Assembly: GCA_951406725.2 (NCBI GenBank)
Contig: OX597830.1
Location: 32,736,001 to 32,800,000, forward strand
DNA length: 64,000 nucleotides
Direction: 5' to 3'
Source of the DNA: Octopus vulgaris
Lineage: Eukaryota
How positions within the stretch are numbered: position 1 is the first letter of the stretch; each line of letters begins with the position of its first letter. A model generated the notes under the pieces. The model was not told the origin of the DNA and ran no database searches. It was given only the letters and a program-made list of their open reading frames with translations. The position numbers and the translations under genes were made by a program. Positions 44,758 to 56,300 of this stretch are shown in pieces.

Positions 44758-45989
44758 TGTGTATAGACATATACATATATATATATAGATATATGTATAT
44801 ATGTATATATACACACACAGTCGCATGCACGCACACTCACACACAAATGCACACGCACTTATACATACATACACACAAAATAATGAAGCCAAAAACAAGA
44901 TAATAATACGAAAAATAAAATTTTAATTTAAATAACAAAGATAAAAAGTTAGGCAAACCGAAATCTTCTAAGAACTTTCCGTCTTCCCCTCCACGCCCCT
45001 CACATCCCCCGCCACCTATTCTCTATGTAAAACCCCATTTGATTTGACAGTCTGTACATCAAATCTGAAGTATTCATAGAAAAAATTTCACTAAATTTTG
45101 ACCTCATGTTGAGCTTTACAGACAGACTGCAGGCTATGGGTTATGTTCCTCAGGAGGGGGTCAAAGTTTAGAAACATTGATTACTTGGTTGGTGATGTGT
45201 AAAGAGTATGAGGGGTGGGGTGTTAGCTCTGGCGTTGGTGGTGGTGGTGGTTGTGGTTGAGTTGGTGGAGGGGATCTGCTAGTAGTGATAGCAGTCATTG
45301 ATGGTGTGTTTAGTTTGACGTGGTTGTGATAACGGCCTTGATGGCACGATGGCATTGGCGGTGATGGTATTGATGATTGTTGCACTGGTGGTGTGGGACT
45401 GTTAGCAATGGCTAATAATGATCATTAATGGTATGTTCGTAACATGATAATGCTGGTAGTAGCGGTGATAATGGCCTTGATGGTATGATGGCATTGGCAT
45501 TGGTGGTAGTGGCTATGGTCGTGGTGGGGTTGGTAGCCGGGGCTGGTAGCATTGATAATGGTTGTTGATGGTATATTGCTAAGATGATAATGCTGATGGT
45601 GGTGATGATCATAGCCTTTATTGCTTCTTGGTGTTGGTAGCATTAATAATGCCATTGACAATGTGATGGTGGTGGCAGTGGTACTGTTTCTGGAGGTAAT
45701 GGTGGCAGTATTGATAGTGGTGGTGGTTGTAGTAGTGATGGTGGTAGTGATGATGATTGTGGTAGTAGTGATGGTGGTAGTAGTGATAGTGTGATAGTGA
45801 TGGTGGCAGTTGTAGTGTTGGTTGTTGTTGTGATGGTGGTGGTGTTTATGGTAGTTGTGGTTTTGATTGTGGTGATGGTTGTGATGGTATGACGGTAAGA
45901 GAGTGTGTGATATAATAGCATCAGATTATGTGGATGGGATGGTATGGTAATGTGATAGCATGATGATATTGTGATGTAAATGATGTGAA

Positions 45990-46415
45990 CGTTTGATGGT
46001 ATTGCGATGTGAATGTTTGATGGTATTGTTATGTAAATGTTTGATGGTATTGTGATGTAAATATTTGATGGTATTGAGATGTGAATATTTGATGGTATTG
46101 TGATGTAAATGTTTGATGGTATTGAGATGTGAATATTTGATGGTATTGTGATGTGAATGTTTGATGGTATTGTGATGTAAATATTTGATGGTATTGAGAT
46201 GTGAATATTTGATGGTATTGAGATGTAAATGTTTGATGGTATTGTGATGTAAATGTTTGATGGTATTGAGATGTGAATATTTGATGGTATTGTGATGTGA
46301 ATGTTTGATGGTATTGAGATGTGAATATTTGATGGTATTGTGATGTGAATGCTTGATGGCATTGCAATGTGAATGTTCGATGGTATTGTGACATGAATGT
46401 TTGATGGTGTTGTGA
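45990..46415. repeat. 24-bp minisatellite, about 17 units (TGATGGTATTGWGATGTRAATRTT)
   Basis: Directly visible; it produces the IPSNIHIT / SQYHQTFT periodicity in the ORF track. Confidence 0.92.
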
Positions 46416-47029
46416 CCTGAAAGTATAATGGTATAATGTTACGAGAATAGGTTGGTGTGATAGTATTATGGCACTGAATATGTTGGTATAACAGTTTGAT
46501 GGTATGATGGTGTAATGGTATTGTGACTGAATGTAAACTTATTGAGGCAGTATCTTTACAGCCTTGCCGCCTGTCCACCACTACAAAATTGATATCCTAA
46601 AACCAAGATGCTACATAAAAACACATTGGTGTGCGTGTTGGTGCCACATGAAAAGCACTGGTGCTGGTGCCATGTAAAAAGCATCCATGTACACTCTGTA
46701 AAGTTATTAGCATTAGGAAGAGCATCCAGCTGTAGAAACCAAGCCAAAACAGGCCAAGGGATCTGGTGTGGTCCCTGGTCTTGCCAGTTCCTGGCAAGCT
46801 TTCCAACCCATGCTAGCATGAAAATGGATGTCAAATGTCAATGATGTTGGTGGTAATGATATGTGAAAAGAATCCAGTCCACTCTGTAAAGTGGTTGGCA
46901 TTAGGAAAGGCATCTCCATCTGTACAAATCATGCCAAAGCAGATAGTGGAACTTGGTGCTGTCCTCTGGCTTGCCAGCCCCTCTCAAACTGCATGTATAT
47001 GTGTATTTAGTATACGCATATATATATAT

Positions 47030-47242
47030 TCAAAATGTGACCATGTGTGTACCGTTGGCAATTTTTTTTTCCTCTGTCTTTCCTTCTCTGGATCTTTCCT
47101 TCTCCAATGTTTCTGATGAAGAGCTCTGCTCGAAACGTTAAACCCTCCTTCTTTCCTTCTTTCCTGAGCATCCAATAATACTATATTTGTTCCACATCCT
47201 CGCGTTGTTGTGTTTTTTTGTGCTTTCTTGTTTGGATTAACT
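47030..47242 (+). mobile_element. Orphan 3'-terminal fragment of a related PLE family carrying the hammerhead
   Basis: Pyrimidine tract, then HHR, then TTCCTGAGCATCCAATAATAC..., which resembles TTCCTGAGCGCCATACTAATAC... downstream of the HHR in the intact PLE. Flanked by TA runs on both sides. Confidence 0.7.
47109..47143 (+). ncRNA. Minimal type-I hammerhead ribozyme motif, canonical core
   Basis: GTTT-CTGATGA-A-GAGC-TCT-GCTC-GAAA-CGTT-AAAC: stem I GTTT/AAAC, stem II GAGC/GCTC, palindromic ACGT. Confidence 0.85.
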
Positions 47243-47314
47243 ATATATATGTATATGTGTGTATGTGTGTGTATGAGTATGTATGTATATATATATATAT
47301 ACATATACATACTT

Positions 47315-47680
47315 TATTTAAAAGCTGCAGAAATATAATAAAAGCTGTTACTCGGAGTTCCACGTTCCTGTTCATTGCACAGTTTTGTTAAAATAGAACA
47401 GAAATAACAATATGATCAAAACTAGTTAAAGGATACACCTTTAAAAATGTATTTGTTTAATTGGTCCTTTCAATTAACGGTCTTAAGCATGCAGTGAACA
47501 AAATAAACAAAATAAATGAATACAATATAAATTCATCCTATTATAAAAATCAAAGAGCTGAGTAACAGCTTTTGTTATATTTCTGCTGCTTTTAAATAGA
47601 GCATATTACTCTACCTCTGGTATTTGAGTACTCGTATTTTTCACCTTGTTTCACATTTATGTGCTTGCTCTGGTATATAC
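47315..47680. mobile_element. Probable decayed PLE-type terminus in inverted arrangement
   Basis: 47315-47353 is an inverted repeat of about 47559-47598. The minus-strand arm continues into a degenerate HHR-shaped motif (47341-47386). TA-rich flanks. Confidence 0.45.
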
Positions 47681-47995
47681 ATACATATATATAAATATTT
47701 GTGAATTCTCCCTATATATATATATATATATATATATATGCATATACATCCATATATATATACATTCATATATATATATGCATATAGATGGTTATATGTA
47801 CATATGAGTATATCTATGCAAACTCACATACACACACACATATATACACATACATACATATGAACAAATCCCATACATACACCCACGTATCATTAAGTGA
47901 CATGTGAAATTAGCTGTTGCGACAGACATATTTTAAATACATAGCATACACACATATGTACACACATGCCAACATGGAAAATGGACGCTAAATGG

Positions 47996-48031
<36 letters not shown>

Positions 48032-48192
48032 GGATGATGATGATGACAGCAATGATGATGATGACGGCAATGATTATGATAATGATGAGGATGATGATGA
48101 TGATGATAATGAGAAGGATGAGGAGTAGGATAATGATGATGATGATGAGTAGGAGGAGGAGGAGGACGATGATAATGACGATGATGATGATA

Positions 48193-48234
<42 letters not shown>

Positions 48235-48353
48235 GTGACGACAATGATGATGATGATGAGGAGGAGGAGGGGGAGGAGGTGGAGGATGGTTCAACTGTCA
48301 TCACTACCACCACTATCACCACTACTACCATCGCTGGCAGAAAGAATACTGAC

Positions 48354-48425
48354 CATATTCTTTGCTGGTTCTTCCAAATTGGTGAGATTGAGTAATGTAC
48401 CTCTTGAATCTTTCCATGTCAACAC
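48354..48425 (-). other. Candidate 72-nt host exon
   Basis: Acceptor tctttcctgcag and donor ATG|gtcagt. Length is a multiple of 3 and open in two frames ((G)VDMERFKRYITQSHQFGRTSKEY(G) or VLTWKDSRGTLLNLTNLEEPAKNM). Unique sequence among repeats; no recognisable homology. Confidence 0.3.
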
Positions 48426-49174
48426 CTGCAGGAAAGACATGAGAAGGGAAAGAAATCCGGATGGTTGGCATGTTAGGAAGGGATGTGTGGGTGTGGTGAT
48501 TAGTGTAGGATTTCAGTGGAATTGAGCCTAACAAGGATAATGAGAGGTGGAAATGTGAGTGGATAAGGGATGCCTGAATCAGGAGGTGATATGAGTGCAG
48601 CTATTCTGATGGGGTCAGCTTTGACTTTCATCTATTTTGTGGGGATGGGGGTGGGATAGGGGTCGATAAAGTAACTACCAGTTAAGCACTGGGGTCGATG
48701 TAATTGACTTTCTCCCTCCCTCTCTAGCCTGGAATTTCTGGCCTTGTGTCAAAATCTGAAACCAATGCGAGTCTGACCAGTTCTGTGGAGAAGAAACCAT
48801 TTTAGTTCAAGAAGAAGAAGAAGAGAGTGAGATAAAGAGAGAGAGATTGATTGATAGAGATAGAAAGAAAGATAGAGATAGAAAGAAAGAAAGAGAGAGA
48901 GATAAAAAGAAAGAGAGAGAAAGAGTGAGATTGATAGAGATAGAAAGAAAGAAAAAAACGGGAGAGGAAGAGAGTGAGATAGAAAGGGGGAGAGAAAAAG
49001 AAGGAGAGAGAGTGAGGGAGAGAGAAAAAAGAGAGGGAGAGAGAGAGAGAGAGACGATGAGCCTTTGTACCAGAAGTTGGAGCATGTCTGTGAGTGACTT
49101 TATGCCAATCAGCTGAATGGCCTTTTCCTGTACATCATGTTCATGATCTTGGATCTCCATTTGTGCATCATCTT

Positions 49175-49603
49175 GGTTCTTGGTCTCAAGCATTTGTCTT
49201 ATGAAGAAAGGCTGAAGACGCTCGACCTTTATTCTCTAGAAAAACGACGATGCCGTGGTGATCTCATTCTTGCTCACAACATCATAAGTGGAAAGTGTAA
49301 CCTCTCGAAAGAGCTGTTCTTCACTCCTGCTCCAGAATGTCGGCTATGGGGCCACTCCGAAAAGCTCTATCTGCGATGATTTCATCTCAATCGAAGGAGA
49401 AGGGCTTTCTCCATCCGGGTTGCGGATCCGTGGAATAAGCTGCCGGACGAGATGGTGAAGATGCCGACGACTGCTCGGTTCAAAGTCTCCCTTGACCACA
49501 AATGGCCTGAACTCTTTGCATGAACACCACCCTGTACATAACTCCATGTCCCCCTACATGGCCTTGCTTTTTGCTTTTTGAGCCAAAAAATTAACTTAAC
49601 TTA
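49175..49603 (+). mobile_element. CR1-clade LINE 3' end (5'-truncated)
   Basis: GLKHLSYEERLKTLDLYSLEKRRCRGDLI...FSIRVADPWNKLP...FKVSLD with one internal stop, then a 3' UTR and a (TAACT)n tail. Confidence 0.88.
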
Positions 49604-50268
49604 TCTTGATTGTGAGAACTTTATTGTATTATGGGCCTCATCTGAGCTTTGTAAGGTGCTAATAATGGTTCAGGACTGAAGTGTCTCCTGACCTTAATAA
49701 GAAGAAAGAGCCTGTTCTTGGGGTAGGCCTAGAAATGTTAAAGATGTATTTTTGCCAGGAGAGGCACTCAATCAAAGTTTTTTGTTGCTGTTGAACTTCA
49801 AATAAAACCCTATCATAGGAATTCTAGTGGTAAACCATCCTGCATTTTAATTCAAGTTAATTTATTTATTTTTGTTGTTGTTGCTTTTCCTGTCTGCGTA
49901 GAATGGAAAACTGCTTCTCAAATGCATCCCTTTGTCTTTCTTTTTATATTCTAGGCTGTCATTTGAGAGAGCTGGTTGGCTGGTGTTTCTAGTTGGTAAA
50001 GGAACCACGAAAAGACTTCTTCCTGGGGATGATGTTGATAGTATTTCTTGCTATGGTTATGATGATGATGATGATGATGATGACGATGCTGATGATGATG
50101 GTGGTGGCATAGAGTATGTAAAGATAAAGAGGTGGGCAAAGAGTTAAAGTTTCAATTCACAGGTCAATAAACAAAAAGAAAATAAAGAGTGATTTAAAAA
50201 AATACAACAGCAGAAAAATGAAAGAAAACAATACAAAAATAGAAACAAGCAAACAAACAAATAATGAC

Positions 50269-50378
<110 letters not shown>

Positions 50379-50920
50379 AGGCATAGAAAGGTCAAAGTTG
50401 AACTTTACTTATGGATTAGTTTTTATGTTGTTTTTTATTTCTTGTGTGTAATTTTCTCTTGTTCTCCCTTTTCAACATCATTAAACAAGGTTGTATGTTT
50501 GGATGTTGATGTCGTTGGCAATGGAGGCAGTTAGTGGTATTGATATTGATGATAATGATGATGATGGTGGTAGTAGTAGTAGTGGTGGATGTGGTGGTGG
50601 TGGTGGTGGCAGTGTCATGCATTGCATTTGTTCTGTGAAAGAGCAAAGAGCAAATATAGCCACCGCTCCTGAGGTATCTCCACTCACTTCAATACAAGCA
50701 ATTCCATTCCAACTACACACAAACGTACGTATGTACACATGTATGTATGAATGTATATTCACCTTCACAGTGCTGTTACCCTTGCCAGGTGTTTATGTCT
50801 CCACTTCTGTACAAACTTATAAAAATTAATATATATGGCCGCGGCCTTCGGGCTAAAACATTTTTAAGGATTTAAGGATTTATAAGTATGTAAGAGCAAA
50901 ATGCATATATATATGTATTA

Positions 50921-50977
<57 letters not shown>

Positions 50978-51023
50978 ATTTATATGTGTGTGTGTTTGTG
51001 TGTATATATGCATATACATCCAT

Positions 51024-51058
<35 letters not shown>

Positions 51059-52676
51059 CACACACATTCATATATATATATATGCATATAGATTTTTACA
51101 TGTACATATAAGTGTATCTATACAAGCTCACATATACACACACACACATATATATATACACAGACATATATATATGTATATATAAACAAATCTCATGCAC
51201 ACATACATACACCCATACATTGTTAAGTGACGTGTTAAATTAACTGTTGAGACAGGCATTTTTTAAATACACAACACACATATACACACATGCGCATATA
51301 TAAAATTATATACATGTATGCATATATTTATACACACACACAAATATATATATATATATAAACACATATATATATATACACATATATATATATATACATA
51401 TATATGCAAATAAACGTATACATACGCACTCGTCCATAGACACAACATACGTATACATGCATATATATATGTGTGTATGTATATGGATGTAAGGATATAT
51501 ATGTGTGCTTCGTGAAGGGTGGTAGGTGGGGAGAATTATGAAGTGAAAATCAACTGAAGCATAAAATTCTGTAGGTTACGATCTGTGATCATTGCACAGC
51601 GCACTGTAGAAGCAAGTGGCATGGTGGTAGTCTTACAGTGGAGTGCGGTAGTGAAGTGAAGCCCAGTGGTATGGATGGGAGGTTTGGAGGTAAGTGTATA
51701 TGGCTGGCTGGAATGGTTATGGCGATGGATAATGTTATTGTTAAGAGTTTTTGAAATTAAAAAATAGGGGGTTTTTTTTTTAAAAAAAAATGTCATGAAC
51801 TCATTCTTCTGAGATGGAATGGGTTGGAAACGATTCAAAAAAAAAAAAAATTAAATAAAAGAAAAAAAGGGAGAAATAAAGGAATAAAGGGAAAAACATT
51901 TGGAAAAGAAACAAATATTTCGTCTTAGACAGGACAATAATTGGTGAGTTAAGCGGAAGTGTTAAGTTTAGAATTTATGAGAAAAGCATAATTTAAAAAA
52001 CAATATATAAATATTTTTGTTTTTTATGAAATGATTTCAAATGGCAACTTAAGACATAACATGACTGGAGTTCAATGCTACTAAAAGACAAAATGAGGTT
52101 CATAAGTGACTGTAGAGGATATTTAGCACCGCATGGGTTAAATTGATTTGAAAGGCATAGCGAGGCCCCAGATTAAATAGTTGTTTTCTGAAACAGGGCT
52201 TGGCTAAGTTAGTGTTAAATGAATTATATAAAAATAAGAAAAATAATAAAGGAAAAAAAACTCCAAGAATGGCTGTAAGTAAGAATATCACACATGGGAG
52301 TTAGAAAAGTTTGGTTGGTCACGGGAATAATGGGATAACTGGTTCCGTCAGACATAATAAGTCTGAGACTATGAGGCTGTCGGAGGCAAAAACTAAGATG
52401 AATTAATGAGTGAGCTTTACAAGGTCATACCATTTACTCTTTTACTCTTCTACTTGTTTCAGTCATTTGACTGTGGCCATGCTGGAGCATCACCTTTAGT
52501 TGAGTAAATCGACCCCAAGATTCATTTGTTGTAAGCCTAGTGCTTATTCTATCAGTCTTTTTTGCCGAACTGCTATGTTACGGGGACATAAACACACCAG
52601 CATTTGTTGTCAAGCGATGTTGAGGGGACAAACACAGACACACAAACATATACACACACACATACATATATATATA

Positions 52677-52757
<81 letters not shown>

Positions 52758-52854
52758 CGGGAAGCTTTATGAAAATAAACAAAAGACGAAGGCAGGTGGA
52801 AAACAAACGAACAATTGTATTAGTATGGCGCTCAGGAAATATAAATAAAACAAG

Positions 52855-52892
52855 TCTTTAACGTTTCGAGCCTACGCTCTTCAACAGAAAGA
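52855..52892 (-). ncRNA. Minimal type-I hammerhead ribozyme motif in the PLE 3' end (variant core CUGUUGA)
   Basis: Minus strand reads TCTTT-CTGTTGA-A-GAGC-GTAG-GCTC-GAAA-CGTT-AAAGA: 5-bp stem I, 4-bp stem II, palindromic ACGT in place of stem III. Confidence 0.75.
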
Positions 52893-53378
52893 TACACAGA
52901 GAGAGAAAAACACAGAAAGAAGGAGAGAAAAAATGCGTGCAGTAGCTAACGAATCAACATGGCGATCTGATTTCGGCCAGAGGTCAAAGATCAAACATGA
53001 GACGCGAGAGCGAAATAAGGGGAGATAATAGGGTTGAGGGACCAGCTAAAAGTGCGTGGGAGGGGTCTGGATGTGTATGTATAGGGTTGGTGTATGTATT
53101 AGTATGTATAAGGGTGTGTGTGTGTGTGTGTGTGTGTATGAGAGAGTATCAGTGCGTGGGATTGGTCTGGACGTGCGTATGTATGGGGTTGGTGTATGTA
53201 TTAGTATGTATTAGTATGTATTAGTACGTATTGGTATGTATAGGTGTGTGTGTGTGTGTGTGAGAGAGTATAAGTGCGTATGCGGGGTCTGGACGTGTGT
53301 ATGTATAGGGTTGGTGTAAGTATTAGTATGTACTAGTATGTATTAGTACGTATTAGTATGTATTAGTTGGTGTGTGTA

Positions 53379-56300
53379 TTAGTATGGCACATCATATGTG
53401 ATGTGATGTGTAAAGTCATGTGGTGTAGTGAGGAGAAGAGGGGGAGGGGAGAAGAGGGGGAGAAGGGGAGGGGAAGAAGAGGGGGAGGGGAGGGTGAAGA
53501 GGAGAGGATGGGGAGAAGGAAGGGGAGGAGAGGGATGAAGGAGGAAAGAGGGAGAGGGGGAGAGAGAAGGGGAGAGAGGGAGTGAGGGAGCAGAGGGAAG
53601 AGGAAGAGGGAGGGAGAAAGAGGGAAGAAGGGAAGGGGAGTAGGGGTGAAAGGATGAAGGACTGAAGAAGTGGGGGTCGGGGGGAGAAAGGATAGGTGAG
53701 GAGGGGGAGAGGGGGTTAGATGAGGAGGGGGGAGAGTTGAGACCAAATGGCGTATAAGAGCGAAGAGAGAAGATTAATTCCTGTTCACGGCGCAAACGGG
53801 AATCCGGATGGCCTCTGTGTAAGGACAAACCGAACACAGATAGGTGTTGCAAGGAGTGACCGGTGGAGCGGAAATGGCGTGAGACCGGTGTGTCGTTCGC
53901 AAGGTGGATGTCACGAAGGTGTTCCGCGAACCGGTCAGCCAAGCGGCGTCCCGTTTGTCCGATGTACAAGGAATTGCAGAGAGAGCAAGAGATGCAATAG
54001 ATAATATTGCTGGAGGTGCAGGTGAAGGAGTGGATGATGGGATAGGGTCGATGGTGGGTGCTAGTGAGGCGGGTGGTGTTGGAGAGGTAAGGGCAAGTGC
54101 GGCAACGTGGGCGGGAGCAGGGGAACGAGCCGGGTTGGGAGGTAGGGTCAGGGAAGGAGCTATGGACCAAAAGGTCTCGAAGGTTGTGGGCTCGTTTGAA
54201 AGAGGGGAGGGGTCGGTTAGGGAAGAGGTGTGAAGTGGACGGGTCGGACTGGAGACGACGGAAAGCTCGAAGAATGGTGCGTTGGAGACGTAGGGTCGTG
54301 GGGTGGTAAGTGAGGGGAAAAGGGAGGCGGGAGACTACAGGGCGGGTTCGGGGAGAGAGAGCAGATACACGGTCCACGGACCGTGCTCTGGCAAGGGCGG
54401 TGTGGATAGTGGTGAGGGGGTATCCACGTAGGGTGAAGTGGTGAGCCATACGTTGAGACTGAGTCTCAAAGTCATGGTCGTCACTACAGAGCCTACGTAG
54501 ACGGAGGAATTGGGAATAGGGGATGGAAAGCTTGGTGTGTTCTGGGTGGGAGGAAGAGAAGTTGAGGTATGAGTGTGAGTCTGTGTGTTTGTAGTGAATG
54601 GAGGTGGTAAGAGTGGAGTCAAGAATGCTAACCGAAATGTCGAGGAAGGAGACAGAGGTGTTGGAGATAGTGGAAGTGAAGTGGAGGGCTGGATGGAAAG
54701 ATTGGACGAAAGAGAGGAAGGAATCTAGATGTTCGCGGGAGAGTGAGGTGGCACCGATAATGTCGTCAATATAACGACCATATAGTTCAGGAGTGGGACC
54801 AGTGAAAGTAGAGAATATTTGGGCCTCAACATAGCCAACGAACAGGTTCGCATAGTTGGGGCCCATTCGCGTTCCCATGGCCACTCCCGAGACCTGATGG
54901 TAGAACTCGCCCGCGAACGAGAAGCAGTTCAGAGTAAGGACAAGTTCGGCCAGACGAATGAGTGTGGAGGTGTCAGGTACAGGGTTAGAGCGGAGGTCAA
55001 GAAAGTGTCGAAGGGCCTGCAGTCCTTCGTGGTGAGGGATAACAGTATAGAGGCTTTGGATGTCCATAGTAAAAAGGATTTTGGAGGAGCCGGGAGGAAA
55101 GGAGAAAGAGTTGAAAAGCCGGAGAGCATGGTTGGTATCGTGGATGTGGGAGGGAAGAGATGCCACTAGGGGGGCAAGGACACGGTCGAGGTATTTAGAG
55201 ATGAGCTCCGTGGGGCAGTTACAGGCGGAGACGATGGGGCGGCCAGGGTTGTTGGGTTTGTGGATTTTGGGGAGGAAGTAAATGGTGGGGGTACGTGGGG
55301 TTCGCACAATTAGGTTGGATGCGGTGCGGGGGAGACGGGAGGACGAGATGAGGTCTTGGACAGTAGAGGATACCGTCTGTTGGTAGCTACGTGTGGGGTT
55401 AGAGGGCAGAGGGGAATAGAAGGAGGTGTCATTGAGTTGGCGGAAAGCCTCGGCCCTATAGAGGTCCGCGCGCCACACCACTACAGCTCCACCCTTGTCA
55501 GCCGGTTTGATGATAATGTCAGCGCGCCGTTGGAGGGAACGAAGAGCCAAGAGCTCAGCCGGGGAGATGTTGAGGCGGCGTTGGCGCCTGGAGAAGTTGA
55601 ACCGCTCCAATGCACGCTGACAAGCGCCCGCGAAAAGATCCACTGCTAGGATCTGGCCAGGGGCAGGCGTCCACGGGGATGGTCGGCGGCCCAGGCCAGT
55701 GAAGCAGTCGTCCTCTTCGTTGGGTGTGGGTGGCGAGTCGTGGTAATGCGCACCCAACCGGACACGGCGCACAAAGCTGTGGACATCAACTCGCGTCTGG
55801 AATTCCTTACAGGATGGAGTGAGGGGGATGAAACGCAGACCCCTACCAAGGACGGAGCGTTCAGCCGCAGAGAGGGGAAGATCGGGGGGAATGGTAACAA
55901 CAGACGGAAGTGGAGAAGGGGTGGGTGGAATAGAAGTAGGAGGGGTGGTAGGTCTCGTGGAGGTCTGAGGGGGAGGGATTGGGGAGGTGTGTGGGGGGTG
56001 GTTGGGCGGGGCAGTAGGGTTAGGTGTAGGTGGATGGAGCCTAACGGGAGGGGAGAAGGGGTTGTAGGGAGGGGCAGTGGGGTTAGGTGTGGGTGGATGG
56101 AGCCTATCGGGAGGGGAGAAGGGTGGTGGAGGAGTTGGGGTAGTGGCGTCGGGTAGGGTGGAATGGAAGAGTGATTGGAGTTTACGAAGTTTGGTATCAG
56201 AAAGAAATTGATGGAAGAGTTGATTCAAATGGATAATGAAGCGTAGCGTGTTTGGAGCATAGAGAGGCGGCAGAGAGGAGAAGAAGGTGGAGAAAGCAGG

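Noticed and set aside
45990-46415. CRISPR-like array
   Set aside because: Units are contiguous with no unique spacers; eukaryotic context.
50481-50829. Overlapping ORFs with partly unique sequence
   Set aside because: Largely (GAT/GGT)n-driven; no recognisable domain or consistent exon boundaries.
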